Counted from the first letter of the stretch, positions 47,047 to 57,059 are shown. The stretch is 64,000 nucleotides of DNA from Candidatus Woesearchaeota archaeon (GCA_043819495.1 JBDRET010000024.1:7177-71176), one strand, 5' to 3'. Numbers and translations are program-made. The notes: a model not told the origin generated them from the sequence alone.

Positions 47047-48142
47047 TCTTCTTTGTCAATCTCTCAAATATCTCAGTCAGTGTAGAGTCAGATACATCCA
47101 GGCTGACCAGCCTCTCCTTACACGACTCTACTGCTTTTATCACGCGTCGTATTGTCAGGTCATCGCCTGATACAAAAACAATAAGCTCATTGTCCTGTTC
47201 AGATGTCCTTTCTACTCCCTTCACTTTCTTCAGCTTCTTTCTGAGCGCATCATACCTGTTATCATCAAACATAACCTTGACGATACGACCTTTCTTGAAC
47301 ATATCCTTGAGCTCTTTTAATGTACCATGGCCCAGGATTTTCCTATCATGCAGTATCGCGACTTTAGTACATAGCTGCTCGACCTCATCCAGTATGTGCG
47401 AGGCTATGACAATGGTCGTACCCTGTGAATTTATCTGTTTGATCAGACGCCATATCTGTTTGCGCATGACAGGATCAAGGTCAGATGTCGGTTCGTCAAG
47501 GAACAGCATCTTAGGTTCATGTATGAGAGAGCATGCGATATCCAGGCGTCTCTGCATACCTCCTGAAAGCTCTGCAGCTATGCTGTCCCTGTCTTCAGTC
47601 AGGTCAACAAGACGCAGGAGCTTTTCCATGTTCTCCATTATCCTCTTCTTCTTCAGGCCATATAAAGAGCCATAGAACATGAGGTTCTCTTCGACAGTCA
47701 AGTGATCGTAGAAAGAAGGTATCTGTGAAGCGAAGCCGAAATTCTGCTTGACACGTGATTGATTCCTTAATACAGAGACATAATCAGGTGAGTCACTCTT
47801 ATTATCGAAAAGAAGATCATTCCTGACAAGGACATCACCTGATTGTGGGTTGAGTATGCCCGACATAAGCTGGAATATCGTCGTCTTTCCAGAACCGCTC
47901 ATACCGATGATGCCAAATATATCTTTATGGAAGATGTCAAAGTCCACATCTTTGAGCACAAGCTTGTCCTTGTAGCTCTTTGAGACCTTTCTTAGCATCA
48001 GGACTGGCTGGTTACTTGGAGATATTGCTTTCTTGAGACTCTCAGATATCGGTTTAATCTCTTCAGCCTTATCTTTATTTTCTTTAGAATTATCTTTAGA
48101 CTTAGAACTACCTGCCTTTTCACCCTCTTTTTTCCAAAACAT
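47036..48142 (-). CDS. ABC transporter ATP-binding protein
   Basis: 'GIIGMSGSGKTT', 'LSGGMQRRLDIA', 'LFLDEPTSDLD'. The track ORF extends to 48565 as an antisense read-through of SRP54 and is trimmed to MFWKKEG. Confidence 0.75.
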   Translation of the reverse strand: MFWKKEGEKAGSSKSKDNSKENKDKAEEIKPISESLKKAISPSNQPVLMLRKVSKSYKDKLVLKDVDFDIFHKDIFGIIGMSGSGKTTIFQLMSGILNPQSGDVLVRNDLLFDNKSDSPDYVSVLRNQSRVKQNFGFASQIPSFYDHLTVEENLMFYGSLYGLKKKRIMENMEKLLRLVDLTEDRDSIAAELSGGMQRRLDIACSLIHEPKMLFLDEPTSDLDPVMRKQIWRLIKQINSQGTTIVIASHILDEVEQLCTKVAILHDRKILGHGTLKELKDMFKKGRIVKVMFDDNRYDALRKKLKKVKGVERTSEQDNELIVFVSGDDLTIRRVIKAVESCKERLVSLDVSDSTLTEIFERLTKKSDG

Positions 48143-48224
48143 TTTGTTTAAAAATGCTGATTGGAGTTTATAAAGTTTTTGGTGATTTTGCTGCTCTTTC
48201 TTTGGAAATCCGTCTTCGAAAACC

Positions 48225-48232
48225 TTTATAAA
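48225..48232 (+). promoter_or_regulatory. TATA-box-like 'tttataaa' ~23 nt upstream of the SRP54 start (leaderless-type promoter)
   Basis: The same 'tttataaa(c)' octamer sits 20-70 nt upstream of other starts: ~17031 (metallophosphoesterase), ~31276 (kinase), ~56409 (mscS), ~60968 (eIF5A). 'ttttatata' at 58936 precedes aRF1. Confidence 0.35.
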
Positions 48233-48254
48233 CATTATACCATTCGTAGATACT

Positions 48255-51200
48255 ATGGTACTTGAGAAACTTGGAACTTCACTCAGAGACACACTCCACA
48301 AGATAAGTAAAGCAGTCTTTGTAGATGAAAAACTGGTCAATGAGCTGGTCAAGGATATCCAGCGGGCCCTTCTCCAGTCAGATGTCAATGTCAAGATGGT
48401 ATTTGAGCTCTCCAAGAAGATAAAGGAGAGGCTGATGAATGATGATGCACCTCCAGGCCTGACAAAGAAAGAATTCCTCATAAAGATAGTGTATGAAGAG
48501 CTTGTGAACTTCCTTGGGGCTGAAGCATCAACTATAGAGATAACGAAGAAACCAACTAAGATCATGATGGTAGGACTTTTTGGTCATGGAAAATGTGTAC
48601 ATAAGGACAGCAACATACTTCTTTTTGACGGTACAACTGTCGGGGTGCAGCAACTATACGACTCCTACAGGTGCAATGGGGAGGTCGACATAGAGGATGG
48701 ATGTATCATACCTCTTGATGCAGAGCTTTCTGTCCCTTCGATGAACACAAAAAGCCTGAAGATCGAGAAAAAGAGAGTGACTCATCTCTGGAAACTGAAA
48801 TCAAAAGACCTGATGGCTGTATCGCTCGATATGGGAAATGACTTCAACGTCAAGACCACCTGTGAGCACCCGTTCTTTGTACTGAAAGATGGCTTGGTGG
48901 AGCAAAGAAGGGCAGATGAATTAAGGAGAGGGGATTATGTAGCAATACCTGCGAAGGTCACTACAGAATCTGGCAGCATCAACTTTGAGGACTCTCTGAA
49001 GAGACTCAACCTCAACGTGAAGATATCTGATGATAAGACCTTAAGAACACTCAAGAAAAAGATAATAGCAGAACATGGAACACTGATGCGCGCAGCTTAC
49101 TCACTCCCCCATAAACGTAATTATGCTGTATTTACGAGTTCCTTAAAGAAAGGAGAGATCCCAATCCAGCTATGTGGCCTCGGAACATCTGATGCTGTGC
49201 ACTTAAAGCTGCAGAACTCCCAAGATTATATCGATTTTCCCACAAGATCAACACCTGAAATGGCAGAATTCTTGGGCTACATCATAGGCGATGGTCATCT
49301 TTCCCATAATAGTGTCAACATATCAAATAAGGACCCTGAAATAATCGAGAGACTGAAAACATTGTCGAAAGACCTCTTCGGCAGGGAGCTGAAGCTTACC
49401 CCCTGCAAAAGGTCCAAAGGATTGTATGATCTCAGGATAAACTCTAAGACCCTTGTCACGCTCATACATGGGCTGTTCGGCATACCGATAGGAAAGAAAG
49501 GGACTGGACTGGAAGTCCCTCAACTCGTACAACTGTCTTCGCAAGATGTAATCTCCAGATTCCTGAGGGCTTATTTCGATTGCGATGGGTATTTCTGCCG
49601 TACCCAAAGGCAGATTGAAGCAGTATCTGAAAGCAGAGTGCTGCTAAGACAGATACAGCATATGCTGCTAAGGTTCGGGATTGTCGCGAAGATGATCAAT
49701 AAGAGAACCGATGGGAAGGACTATTCCAGGCTAATGGTGCAGGCGAGGGATACTGTCATATTCGGTGAGAGGATAGGCGCATCAATCGCAAGGAAAAGGG
49801 AAGCGCTTGAGAACCATGTTATCATGACCATCAAGCAAGGTGATGGAAAGAAAGACATGATACCGGTCGGCAGCCTCCTGAGAGAATTAAGGGAAATGTC
49901 CGGTTTCTCTTTAAGCCAGATACAGGATGCTGTAAGTTCATATGGCCTGTACGAGAAGAAAGGCATGATATCCAGGACACAATTACGCAATGTCGTCTGT
50001 TTCTATGAGCGTGGCGAGAGCGGCAATTTCCGTAAGTTGATAGGCCTGGTGGAGAACTCGCAAAAAGACAAGCTCAGCGAACAGCTACGGATAAGCCAAC
50101 CATTGGTAAACGCGCTTGTGGGAGAGCTGAGGAACAGAAACATGATCGCAGAAGTCACGAACTCACCTACCAGACTTGTCCTTACAGAAAAAGGGAGTAA
50201 GTATTTTGATGGCATGAAACGATCCTCGGACAGACTGTTCGGGATCCTGAGAACCCTTGCGTATGCTGATGTCTGCTGGGCCAAAGTCAAAGACGTCTCT
50301 AAAGTCAAGAATGACCATCCATATGTGTATGATCTCACTGTCGAGGACAGCCATAACTTCATCGCTGATGGCATTGTGGTGCATAATACGACGACTGCCG
50401 CTAAGTTAGCTAAATACTACCAGAAACGTGGCAATAAATTGGCATTGATATCCACAGATACCTGGAGGCCGGCAGCATTTGAGCAATTGAGACAGTTAGG
50501 TGCGCAGATAAACGTCCCGGTATTCGGAAATCCTAAAGCAAAGAGTCCTGTAGCGATATACAAAGAATTCGAAGACAAGCTTGGCGAGTTTGATCTTGTC
50601 ATCATAGATACTGCAGGAAGGGATGCATTGTCTGATGAGCTCATCAGGGAACTGAATGATATCAATAATGCTGTGCAGGCAGATGAGAAACTTCTTGTCA
50701 TAGGCGGTGATGTCGGGCAGGCTGCGGAAAGGCAGGCACAGACATTCCACGATACCTGTAATGTGACTGGTGTGATAATAACAAAGCTTGAAGGTACAGC
50801 AAAAGGTGGCGGTGCACTGATAGCATGCTCCGTGACCGGCGCAAAAGTAAAGTTCATAGGAGTAGGAGAGAAGATTGATGACCTTGAAGTGTACTCTCCT
50901 GAAAGGTTCGTCGGAAAGATGCTTGGCATGGGCGATCTTGAAGGCCTCCTTGAGAAAGCACGTGAAGCGATAACAGAAGAAGATGCACAGGACCTCGGTA
51001 AGAAACTCCTGAAAGGTGATTTTAACCTCCTTGACCTTTATGAGCAGATGCAGGCGATGAAGAAGATGGGGCCTTTGGGCAAGGTGATGGACATGATACC
51101 TGGCTTTGGTCAGATCAAGCTGCCAAAGGATGCATTGAAAGTCCAAGAAGAGAAGATCAAGAAATGGAAATTCATACTCGACAGCTGCACCAAAGAGGAG

Positions 51201-51437
51201 CTGGAAGACCCTGACAGCAACATGAGCGCACAGCGCATCGACAGGATATCAAAAGGCTCAGGTGTCGGGCCTGGAGAGATACGCGAACTGCTTAAACAGT
51301 ACAAACAGAGCAAGAAGATGATGAAGTCACTGAAAGGACTGGGTGGAGGATCACCTGCGCAGATGGAAAAGATGATGAAGCGCATGGGTGGCGGGATGCC
51401 TGGGATGAAAGATGGAAAGAACATGATGTTCAAGTAA
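48255..51437 (+). CDS. srp54: Signal recognition particle protein SRP54 interrupted by an intein (extein ~462 aa)
   Basis: N domain, then P-loop 'GLFGHGK' + [intein] + 'TTTAAKLA', then 'DTAGR', 'TKLEGTAKGG' and the M domain 'GMGDLEGLLEK...MKKMGPLGKVMDMIPG'. Confidence 0.85.
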   Translation: MVLEKLGTSLRDTLHKISKAVFVDEKLVNELVKDIQRALLQSDVNVKMVFELSKKIKERLMNDDAPPGLTKKEFLIKIVYEELVNFLGAEASTIEITKKPTKIMMVGLFGHGKCVHKDSNILLFDGTTVGVQQLYDSYRCNGEVDIEDGCIIPLDAELSVPSMNTKSLKIEKKRVTHLWKLKSKDLMAVSLDMGNDFNVKTTCEHPFFVLKDGLVEQRRADELRRGDYVAIPAKVTTESGSINFEDSLKRLNLNVKISDDKTLRTLKKKIIAEHGTLMRAAYSLPHKRNYAVFTSSLKKGEIPIQLCGLGTSDAVHLKLQNSQDYIDFPTRSTPEMAEFLGYIIGDGHLSHNSVNISNKDPEIIERLKTLSKDLFGRELKLTPCKRSKGLYDLRINSKTLVTLIHGLFGIPIGKKGTGLEVPQLVQLSSQDVISRFLRAYFDCDGYFCRTQRQIEAVSESRVLLRQIQHMLLRFGIVAKMINKRTDGKDYSRLMVQARDTVIFGERIGASIARKREALENHVIMTIKQGDGKKDMIPVGSLLRELREMSGFSLSQIQDAVSSYGLYEKKGMISRTQLRNVVCFYERGESGNFRKLIGLVENSQKDKLSEQLRISQPLVNALVGELRNRNMIAEVTNSPTRLVLTEKGSKYFDGMKRSSDRLFGILRTLAYADVCWAKVKDVSKVKNDHPYVYDLTVEDSHNFIADGIVVHNTTTAAKLAKYYQKRGNKLALISTDTWRPAAFEQLRQLGAQINVPVFGNPKAKSPVAIYKEFEDKLGEFDLVIIDTAGRDALSDELIRELNDINNAVQADEKLLVIGGDVGQAAERQAQTFHDTCNVTGVIITKLEGTAKGGGALIACSVTGAKVKFIGVGEKIDDLEVYSPERFVGKMLGMGDLEGLLEKAREAITEEDAQDLGKKLLKGDFNLLDLYEQMQAMKKMGPLGKVMDMIPGFGQIKLPKDALKVQEEKIKKWKFILDSCTKEELEDPDSNMSAQRIDRISKGSGVGPGEIRELLKQYKQSKKMMKSLKGLGGGSPAQMEKMMKRMGGGMPGMKDGKNMMFK
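48594..50387 (+). mobile_element. Intein (~598 aa) with a LAGLIDADG homing-endonuclease domain, inserted in the SRP54 P-loop
   Basis: Begins Cys ('K|CVHKDSNILLFDG'), ends 'VVHN|T'. Block B 'THLW'. LAGLIDADG motifs 'LGYIIGDGHL' and 'YFDCDGYF'. Confidence 0.8.
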
Positions 51438-51449
51438 TTATTTCCTAAG

Positions 51450-51944
51450 ATGGTCAAGATACGCAAAGCAAAAAGAGAAGACCTTCAAGGTGTATACAAC
51501 CTATTTCTTGAACTTTGTGACTCAGAAGATTCTTCTGAACTAAAAATCGCAAAACACCTCAAAAGCATGAGGAAGAGAAGACCTGACTTTGAGAAAAGCG
51601 CTAAACGAGCACTACTTAAGTCAATATCAGATAGAAAGGCACTTTATCTTGTCGCTGAGAATGAAGGTGAACTTCTCGGTTATGGTTATGGGACTGTCCT
51701 CTCTGCCAAAGACAGTTTCTTCATCTCTCAAAAGATAGGATGCCTCAATGCGTTGGTAGTCAGCAGAAAACATAGAGGTAAAGGTGTCGCTTCAGGATTG
51801 CATGCTGAACTTCTCGATTGGTTCAGAAAAAAAGGGTGTTCATCTGCATCTCTTGAGGTGTTTACCACTAATGCTGCGCAAGATATCTACAAGAAGTGGG
51901 GATATAGTTCTTTTACTTGTAAGATGAATAAGAAGTTGAAATAA
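51450..51944 (+). CDS. GNAT-family N-acetyltransferase
   Basis: 'LVVSRKHRGKGVASGL' acetyl-CoA binding motif. Confidence 0.65.
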   Translation: MVKIRKAKREDLQGVYNLFLELCDSEDSSELKIAKHLKSMRKRRPDFEKSAKRALLKSISDRKALYLVAENEGELLGYGYGTVLSAKDSFFISQKIGCLNALVVSRKHRGKGVASGLHAELLDWFRKKGCSSASLEVFTTNAAQDIYKKWGYSSFTCKMNKKLK

Positions 51945-52053
51945 TATCCTTTGAAAATGTTGATCTTTGTTGCCCGGAGCTTTTACCGTTGTTGTCGGAA
52001 TATCTCCCGTAAATGTTCACAGGACAGTATACATTAAGACGTGAAATATATAA

Positions 52054-52920
52054 ATGACTATCGCTTACATAAGGACTATGGCTGATGACTCTGGTACTTT
52101 AGCAGTCTTTCAAGGGAAACGCATACGAAAGACTTGGCAAGTTGACGAATGGTGGTTCGTGATAGAGGATATTATCGTTGCGTTGACTGATTCTCATGAC
52201 CCTAAACAGTATATCCAGAAGATGAAACAGAGGGATGAAGAGTTGGCTAAAGGGTGGGTACAGATTGTACGTACCCTTTCAATAAAAACCTCTGGGGGCT
52301 CTCAGAACATGAATTGTACCAATACTGAAGGCGCTTTCAGGATAATACAATCTATACCGTCCCAAAAAGCAGAGCCGTTCAAGCTTTGGCTTGCAAAGGT
52401 AGGTCATGAACGTGTACAGGAGATAGAAAATCCGGAAATCGCACAGAAACGCATGAAAGAGCTTTATAGGCAGAAAGGCTATTCTGACGATTGGATTGAG
52501 AAAAGAGTGCGTGGAATCGCCATAAGGGATGAGCTCACTGACCAATGGAGTACAAGAGGAGTCAAAGAAGAAAAGGAATACGCGATACTCACTGCGCAGA
52601 TATCGAAGGCAACATTCGGGATGACCCCGTCAGAGTATCAAAAGTTCAAAGGTCTGAAACGGCAAAACTTAAGGGATCACATGAACGATCTCGAACTCAT
52701 ATTCTCCATGCTTGGCGAAAGGGCGACAACAGAGATAGCAGTCACTAAGGATGCACAAGGATTCCTTCAAAATGAACAGGCAGCAAAGAAAGGTGGGACT
52801 ATCGCAGGTGATGCTCGAGAGAAACTAGAGGTTGAGACCGGAAAAAGAGTATCTACGCCTCTGAATTATCGTGATGAACCCGAAAACGTGAAGAAAATTG
52901 AAGCAAAGAAAAAAAGATGA
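52054..52920 (+). CDS. DinD-like (DNA-damage-inducible protein D family) with a Bro-N/KilA-N-like N-domain
   Basis: N-terminal 'FQGKRIRKTWQVDEWWFVIEDIIVAL' (Bro-N-like). The C-terminal 'KGLKRQNLRDHMNDLELIFSMLGERATTE' is recalled as similar to E. coli DinD 'KGLKKNQKILDHMGSTELAANLFRATQTE'. Confidence 0.45.
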   Translation: MTIAYIRTMADDSGTLAVFQGKRIRKTWQVDEWWFVIEDIIVALTDSHDPKQYIQKMKQRDEELAKGWVQIVRTLSIKTSGGSQNMNCTNTEGAFRIIQSIPSQKAEPFKLWLAKVGHERVQEIENPEIAQKRMKELYRQKGYSDDWIEKRVRGIAIRDELTDQWSTRGVKEEKEYAILTAQISKATFGMTPSEYQKFKGLKRQNLRDHMNDLELIFSMLGERATTEIAVTKDAQGFLQNEQAAKKGGTIAGDAREKLEVETGKRVSTPLNYRDEPENVKKIEAKKKR

Positions 52921-53302
52921 TGCTCATATACCTGTATTCGTCGTACAAGAGCACCATGCGAGAAATTTACATTGGGACTTCCGCTTAGAGATTGATGGCG
53001 TGCTGAAAAGCTGGGCAGTGCCTAAAGAACCGCCGCTGGAACCCGGCGTGAAAAGAATTGCAGTCGCAGTCCCTGACCATGAATTATCTTATGCAGACTT
53101 CCAGGGCGAGATACCTGAAGGACAGTACGGCGCAGGCGAAGTAAAGAGATGGGACAAAGGCACATACAAGATGATCAGCGAGCACAAGTCAAAGATGGTG
53201 TTCGAGCTCAAAGGCAAGAAGATGAAAGGAGAGTACGTGCTGCTGAAGTTCGCTAAGGCAGGAGAGAAAGATTGGTTATTGTTCAAGAAGCAGGAAGAAT
53301 GA
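52898..53302 (+). CDS. Stand-alone DNA ligase D 3'-phosphoesterase (LigD PE) domain protein
   Basis: 'FVVQEHHARNLHWDFRLEIDGVLKSWAVPKEPP' is the canonical LigD phosphoesterase N-terminus. Confidence 0.7.
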   Translation: MKQRKKDDAHIPVFVVQEHHARNLHWDFRLEIDGVLKSWAVPKEPPLEPGVKRIAVAVPDHELSYADFQGEIPEGQYGAGEVKRWDKGTYKMISEHKSKMVFELKGKKMKGEYVLLKFAKAGEKDWLLFKKQEE

Positions 53303-53451
53303 GGTGGTGCTGATGGACATTTTCAAGAGAAAAAAAGGAAAGACTAAACTTGAGGACGAGGTCGATGAGCTGTACGAGGTCGATGAGGACAGCGACCTGC
53401 CAGTCCATGAGCCACGCACCAAGCAGAAGAAGATACGGACGCTGAAATAAC

Positions 53452-54093
53452 ATGGATTATGATGCGAAAAGGCGTGACATGGTAGCTACACAGCTGAAAG
53501 CACGCGACATAGTAGATGCAGCTGTGCTCAAAGCGATGAGCGAGGTACCGCGTCATGAATTTCTCCCTCCTGAACTGCGCGACATAGCATATTCTGATGT
53601 CCCTCTTCCGATAGGGGAGGACCAGACAATATCGCAGCCTTATATCGTCGCATTGATCACTCAGGAACTATCATTGAAACCAGGATACAAGGTGCTTGAG
53701 ATCGGTGCGGGCTGTGGATATCAGGCAGCAGTATTGTCAAGGATAGTCGATAAGGTATATTCTGTCGAGAGGATACCTGCACTCGCTGCACATGCAGAGA
53801 GCATGATGAAAAAGATGTGCTACATGAACGTCACTATCATTGTCGGTGATGGCACTCTAGGACTTGCGAAGAATGCACCATATGATGCGATAATCGTGAG
53901 TGCTGCTGCACCACAGGTACCGGGCGCTCTTGTCGAGCAATTGAAAGTCGGTGGCAGGTTGATCATCCCTGTCGGAGAGATGTTCGGCCAACAGCTGCTT
54001 AAGCTGACTAAGACAAAAGAAGGTGTTGACAAGAAAAAGATATGTGATTGTGCATTTGTCCCTCTTATAGGGGAGGATGGATGGCATGAATAA
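53452..54093 (+). CDS. pcm: Protein-L-isoaspartate O-methyltransferase
   Basis: 'VLEIGAGCGYQAAVL' SAM motif and 'DAIIVSAAAPQVP'. Confidence 0.85.
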   Translation: MDYDAKRRDMVATQLKARDIVDAAVLKAMSEVPRHEFLPPELRDIAYSDVPLPIGEDQTISQPYIVALITQELSLKPGYKVLEIGAGCGYQAAVLSRIVDKVYSVERIPALAAHAESMMKKMCYMNVTIIVGDGTLGLAKNAPYDAIIVSAAAPQVPGALVEQLKVGGRLIIPVGEMFGQQLLKLTKTKEGVDKKKICDCAFVPLIGEDGWHE

Positions 54094-54114
54094 TTCTGAA
54101 TCATCCAGGATAGC

Positions 54115-55182
54115 CTACTCAGTTTCAAGAATCTTAGGAAAATATACTGGAGGTCTAAGAATTCCTTTTTTCAGCAGATTCCTTACAAGAGTCAGGTCAT
54201 CTAGTCCGATTGCACCTGCGTACAATGTCTTGAAATCACCATCCTCTTCTGCGAACTTCCGTATCTTTACAAGACCTTGAAGATATATGTGATCCTTGAT
54301 GTAGCCCCCTCCCCTGAAAACCCTAAACGTCAGATCCCACGCCTGATCATCACTAAGACCTTCTGTTTTCATGATGTCAAATGTCTTTCGGAAATCCTTA
54401 CCTTTCATGACAGAGTCAACCGCCACTACACGGAGTGCGCAGTCCCTTAACCTTTCAGTGCTCAGAGTGCCTGTCTTTTCCTCCAGAAACGATGCGAGCC
54501 CTTCTTCTGTGTCCAAGTAGCCTGGAAGACCCAGGCCCATTATCTTCAAGGGTTGGGCGTATCCATTTGCACACCTGAACACATGCCCCAGGACTTCATG
54601 GATGCAAATCCTTGCGAGCTCAGCTTCACTCACGACGCGATCCCTACCGACACCAATCTTATTTTCAGCAGAATAAACTGTGGTAAGCCTCTTGTCAGAA
54701 AGTTCCACTTTCCACCCGATGAGCTTATTTTCCCTAAGAACAGTCTCAATCTTCTCTTTTATCCTTGATGCCGGAATTGTATTCTCCTGTTCAGCTGGGG
54801 GAGTCTCTTTTGATATTTTTAGAGAGTACTCCAGAAGATATTTAGAAGGATATCCATAAAGCTGCATTGTCAGCTCTTTTATTTTTTCGCTTCTCCCAAT
54901 ATTCATCACTATTGTATTCGCAGTCAGAAGTTCTGTTCTTTTTCTCTCAAATATGTCCTTGAGATCACACTCCGGAATCGTGATATCCTGCAGCAGGTCA
55001 TTGATTGCAGATGGATCGTACCCAATCTTGCGGTATTGGAACTCTGGCGCTTCAATTTCTCCTCTCAGAAACCTGCTTTTTTGTTGTGCTCCATTGAGGG
55101 GAGTACAATAAAGCAACGGTTTTATCTGCTCAGAGCATCCTTTCAAGATGTCTGTAATCCTGTTGAGGTGGTCTATGTTCAT
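54115..55182 (-). CDS. DUF1704-family putative zinc metallopeptidase, paralog 2
   Basis: 'HEVLGH' and 'TEEGLASF'. Paralog of 38613-39695. The start is trimmed to MNIDHL. Confidence 0.5.
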   Translation of the reverse strand: MNIDHLNRITDILKGCSEQIKPLLYCTPLNGAQQKSRFLRGEIEAPEFQYRKIGYDPSAINDLLQDITIPECDLKDIFERKRTELLTANTIVMNIGRSEKIKELTMQLYGYPSKYLLEYSLKISKETPPAEQENTIPASRIKEKIETVLRENKLIGWKVELSDKRLTTVYSAENKIGVGRDRVVSEAELARICIHEVLGHVFRCANGYAQPLKIMGLGLPGYLDTEEGLASFLEEKTGTLSTERLRDCALRVVAVDSVMKGKDFRKTFDIMKTEGLSDDQAWDLTFRVFRGGGYIKDHIYLQGLVKIRKFAEEDGDFKTLYAGAIGLDDLTLVRNLLKKGILRPPVYFPKILETE

Positions 55183-55184
55183 TT

Positions 55185-56339
55185 TCACTTCAGGAATATC
55201 TGTACAACATCCCCGTCCTGGAGGACATGATTCAGCATGAGCCGCTGACCTGGGAACTTCGCGCTCTTGCCCCATACTTTTGAGAAGCGGAACTTTGTCA
55301 CGAAATCTTTATGTAGTTTTGAACACATATCTCGTATGGTGTTCCCGTTCCGCATTATGAGCGGTTCTTCAAGATCTGCTTTCTTCCCTCCTTCCTTGCA
55401 GTAGATGCGTATGAAATTGAGTTTCTGGAATATGGCGTCCTTCAGCTCTTCGATATTGATCTTTTCTTCAGCAGATATGCATATGTCCGGATTTATCTCT
55501 GCCTTTATCTCTGCTAGGCGTTGCTCATCGATAAGGTCTATCTTGTTCAGGACAATGAGGCCTGGGATGTAGACCCTGTTTCCTTCAAGTACATCGATCA
55601 GGTCATCGACGCCGATCTCTGAACGTATCAGTATCTCCGCATTGTTGATTCGCATCTCTTTACATATTGCCTTGATGGTTTCATCTGAAAGCGTGTCGAG
55701 CTTCACAGTCTTACCTACCCTGATACCATCTTTTGATTTCTTCGTTATCTTGACATCAGGTTTTCGTATATTTAACCTGAGGTGAGCATCACGTACCTCT
55801 TTGAGTATCACCTTGTATGCGTTCGGCCGCAGGGCATCCACCAGTATGATGCCAAGATCAGCGTTCTGCATGACTGATAGGACTTCTCTTCCTCTTCCTC
55901 TGCCTGATGCTGCTCCGTATACGATACCAGGGACATCAAGGATCTGGATCTTTGCCTGTTTGTATTCCAGAAGTCCTGGAACGACTGAAAGAGTGGTGAA
56001 CTCATATGCGCCTACGGGGGAGTCTGCATTCGTGATTATGTTAAGGAGACTTGATTTGCCTGCAGATGGGAACCCGACAAGTATGACTGTAGCATCACCG
56101 CTCTTTCTCACAGAATATCCTGAAGTTGCAGGACCTTTCCTTTGGCGGAGCTCATCTTTCTTCTTAAGTTCAGCTATCTTCGCACGTACCAGCCCATAAT
56201 GATGCTGGGTCCGTTTATTGTACTGCATCTTACTGAGTTCAGCTTCCATTTCCTGGATACGATCCCAGTTAGATGCTTTCTTCTTGTTAGACTCAGGTTT
56301 CTCTTTCGTGCTTACCTGCTTAGTTTTCTTTTCAGCCAT
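55185..56339 (-). CDS. DRG/Obg-family GTPase with a C-terminal TGS domain
   Basis: G1 'GFPSAGKSS', G3 'DVPG', 'NKID', and a C-terminal TGS-like 'GDVVQIFLK'. Confidence 0.75.
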   Translation of the reverse strand: MAEKKTKQVSTKEKPESNKKKASNWDRIQEMEAELSKMQYNKRTQHHYGLVRAKIAELKKKDELRQRKGPATSGYSVRKSGDATVILVGFPSAGKSSLLNIITNADSPVGAYEFTTLSVVPGLLEYKQAKIQILDVPGIVYGAASGRGRGREVLSVMQNADLGIILVDALRPNAYKVILKEVRDAHLRLNIRKPDVKITKKSKDGIRVGKTVKLDTLSDETIKAICKEMRINNAEILIRSEIGVDDLIDVLEGNRVYIPGLIVLNKIDLIDEQRLAEIKAEINPDICISAEEKINIEELKDAIFQKLNFIRIYCKEGGKKADLEEPLIMRNGNTIRDMCSKLHKDFVTKFRFSKVWGKSAKFPGQRLMLNHVLQDGDVVQIFLK

Positions 56340-56432
56340 GCTGTGAAATTGAGAATAAGGGTATTTAATGCTTTCTGTGGGTTTTATGTCAAAACTCCTT
56401 CAATAAAATTTATAAACCCTGTACTTCTTAGA

Positions 56433-57050
56433 ATGGCCATGGCTGAATTTGCGGATGTTGTGGCGAGCGCGTATGAGACTGTGAAACAGTCAACTTCAGG
56501 CATATTCTATAAGTTCCTGGTATCCATAGTCCTGCTGCTCATAGGATTCATAATAGGCAAGATACTCGGTAGGCTGATATTCAAGTTCCTCCATAGCTTT
56601 GAGGTCGATGAGACGTTCTCAAAGCTTACCGGCACCTCACTCAAGATTGAGGTCATTGCAGAGTCATTCACAACATACTTCGTCTACTTCGTGACCATCG
56701 TAATAGTGCTGCAGCAGCTCGGACTCGCATCGACCATATTGAACATGATCGCAGCAGGTGTCCTGATACTGATAATACTCTCCACGTTCCTGGGAATAAA
56801 GGATTTTGTCCCGAATGCAATCTCAGGATTCATACTCCAGAACAAGAAAAAGTTCAAGATCGGTCAGCTCATAAAGGTCAAGGGTATGCAGGGAAAGATA
56901 ATAGAGATCACTCTCCTTGAGACTAAAATAGAGACAAAGAGTGGAGACATAATATTCATACCTAATTCAGTCCTGAGCAAGACAGAAGTAACTTATGTGA
57001 AAGCGAAACAGAGAAATTCTAAGAAGACAGTTAAGCGAAAAGAAGATTGA
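56433..57050 (+). CDS. MscS-family small-conductance mechanosensitive channel
   Basis: Three TM helices followed by a beta-rich MscS domain, 'IGQLIKVKGMQGKIIEITLLETKIETKSGDIIFIPNSVL'. The start is trimmed from 56142. 'tttataaa' at ~56409. Confidence 0.65.
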   Translation: MAMAEFADVVASAYETVKQSTSGIFYKFLVSIVLLLIGFIIGKILGRLIFKFLHSFEVDETFSKLTGTSLKIEVIAESFTTYFVYFVTIVIVLQQLGLASTILNMIAAGVLILIILSTFLGIKDFVPNAISGFILQNKKKFKIGQLIKVKGMQGKIIEITLLETKIETKSGDIIFIPNSVLSKTEVTYVKAKQRNSKKTVKRKED

Positions 57051-57059
57051 ATCTTTGGA

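Noticed and set aside
47036-48565. Very long N-terminal extension (~140 aa, S/T/L-rich) on the ABC ATPase ORF, overlapping SRP54 in antisense
   Set aside because: The extension is low-complexity, lies antisense to a highly conserved gene, and precedes a perfectly good internal Met with the canonical ABC N-terminus. I treated it as antisense read-through and trimmed the gene to ~48142.
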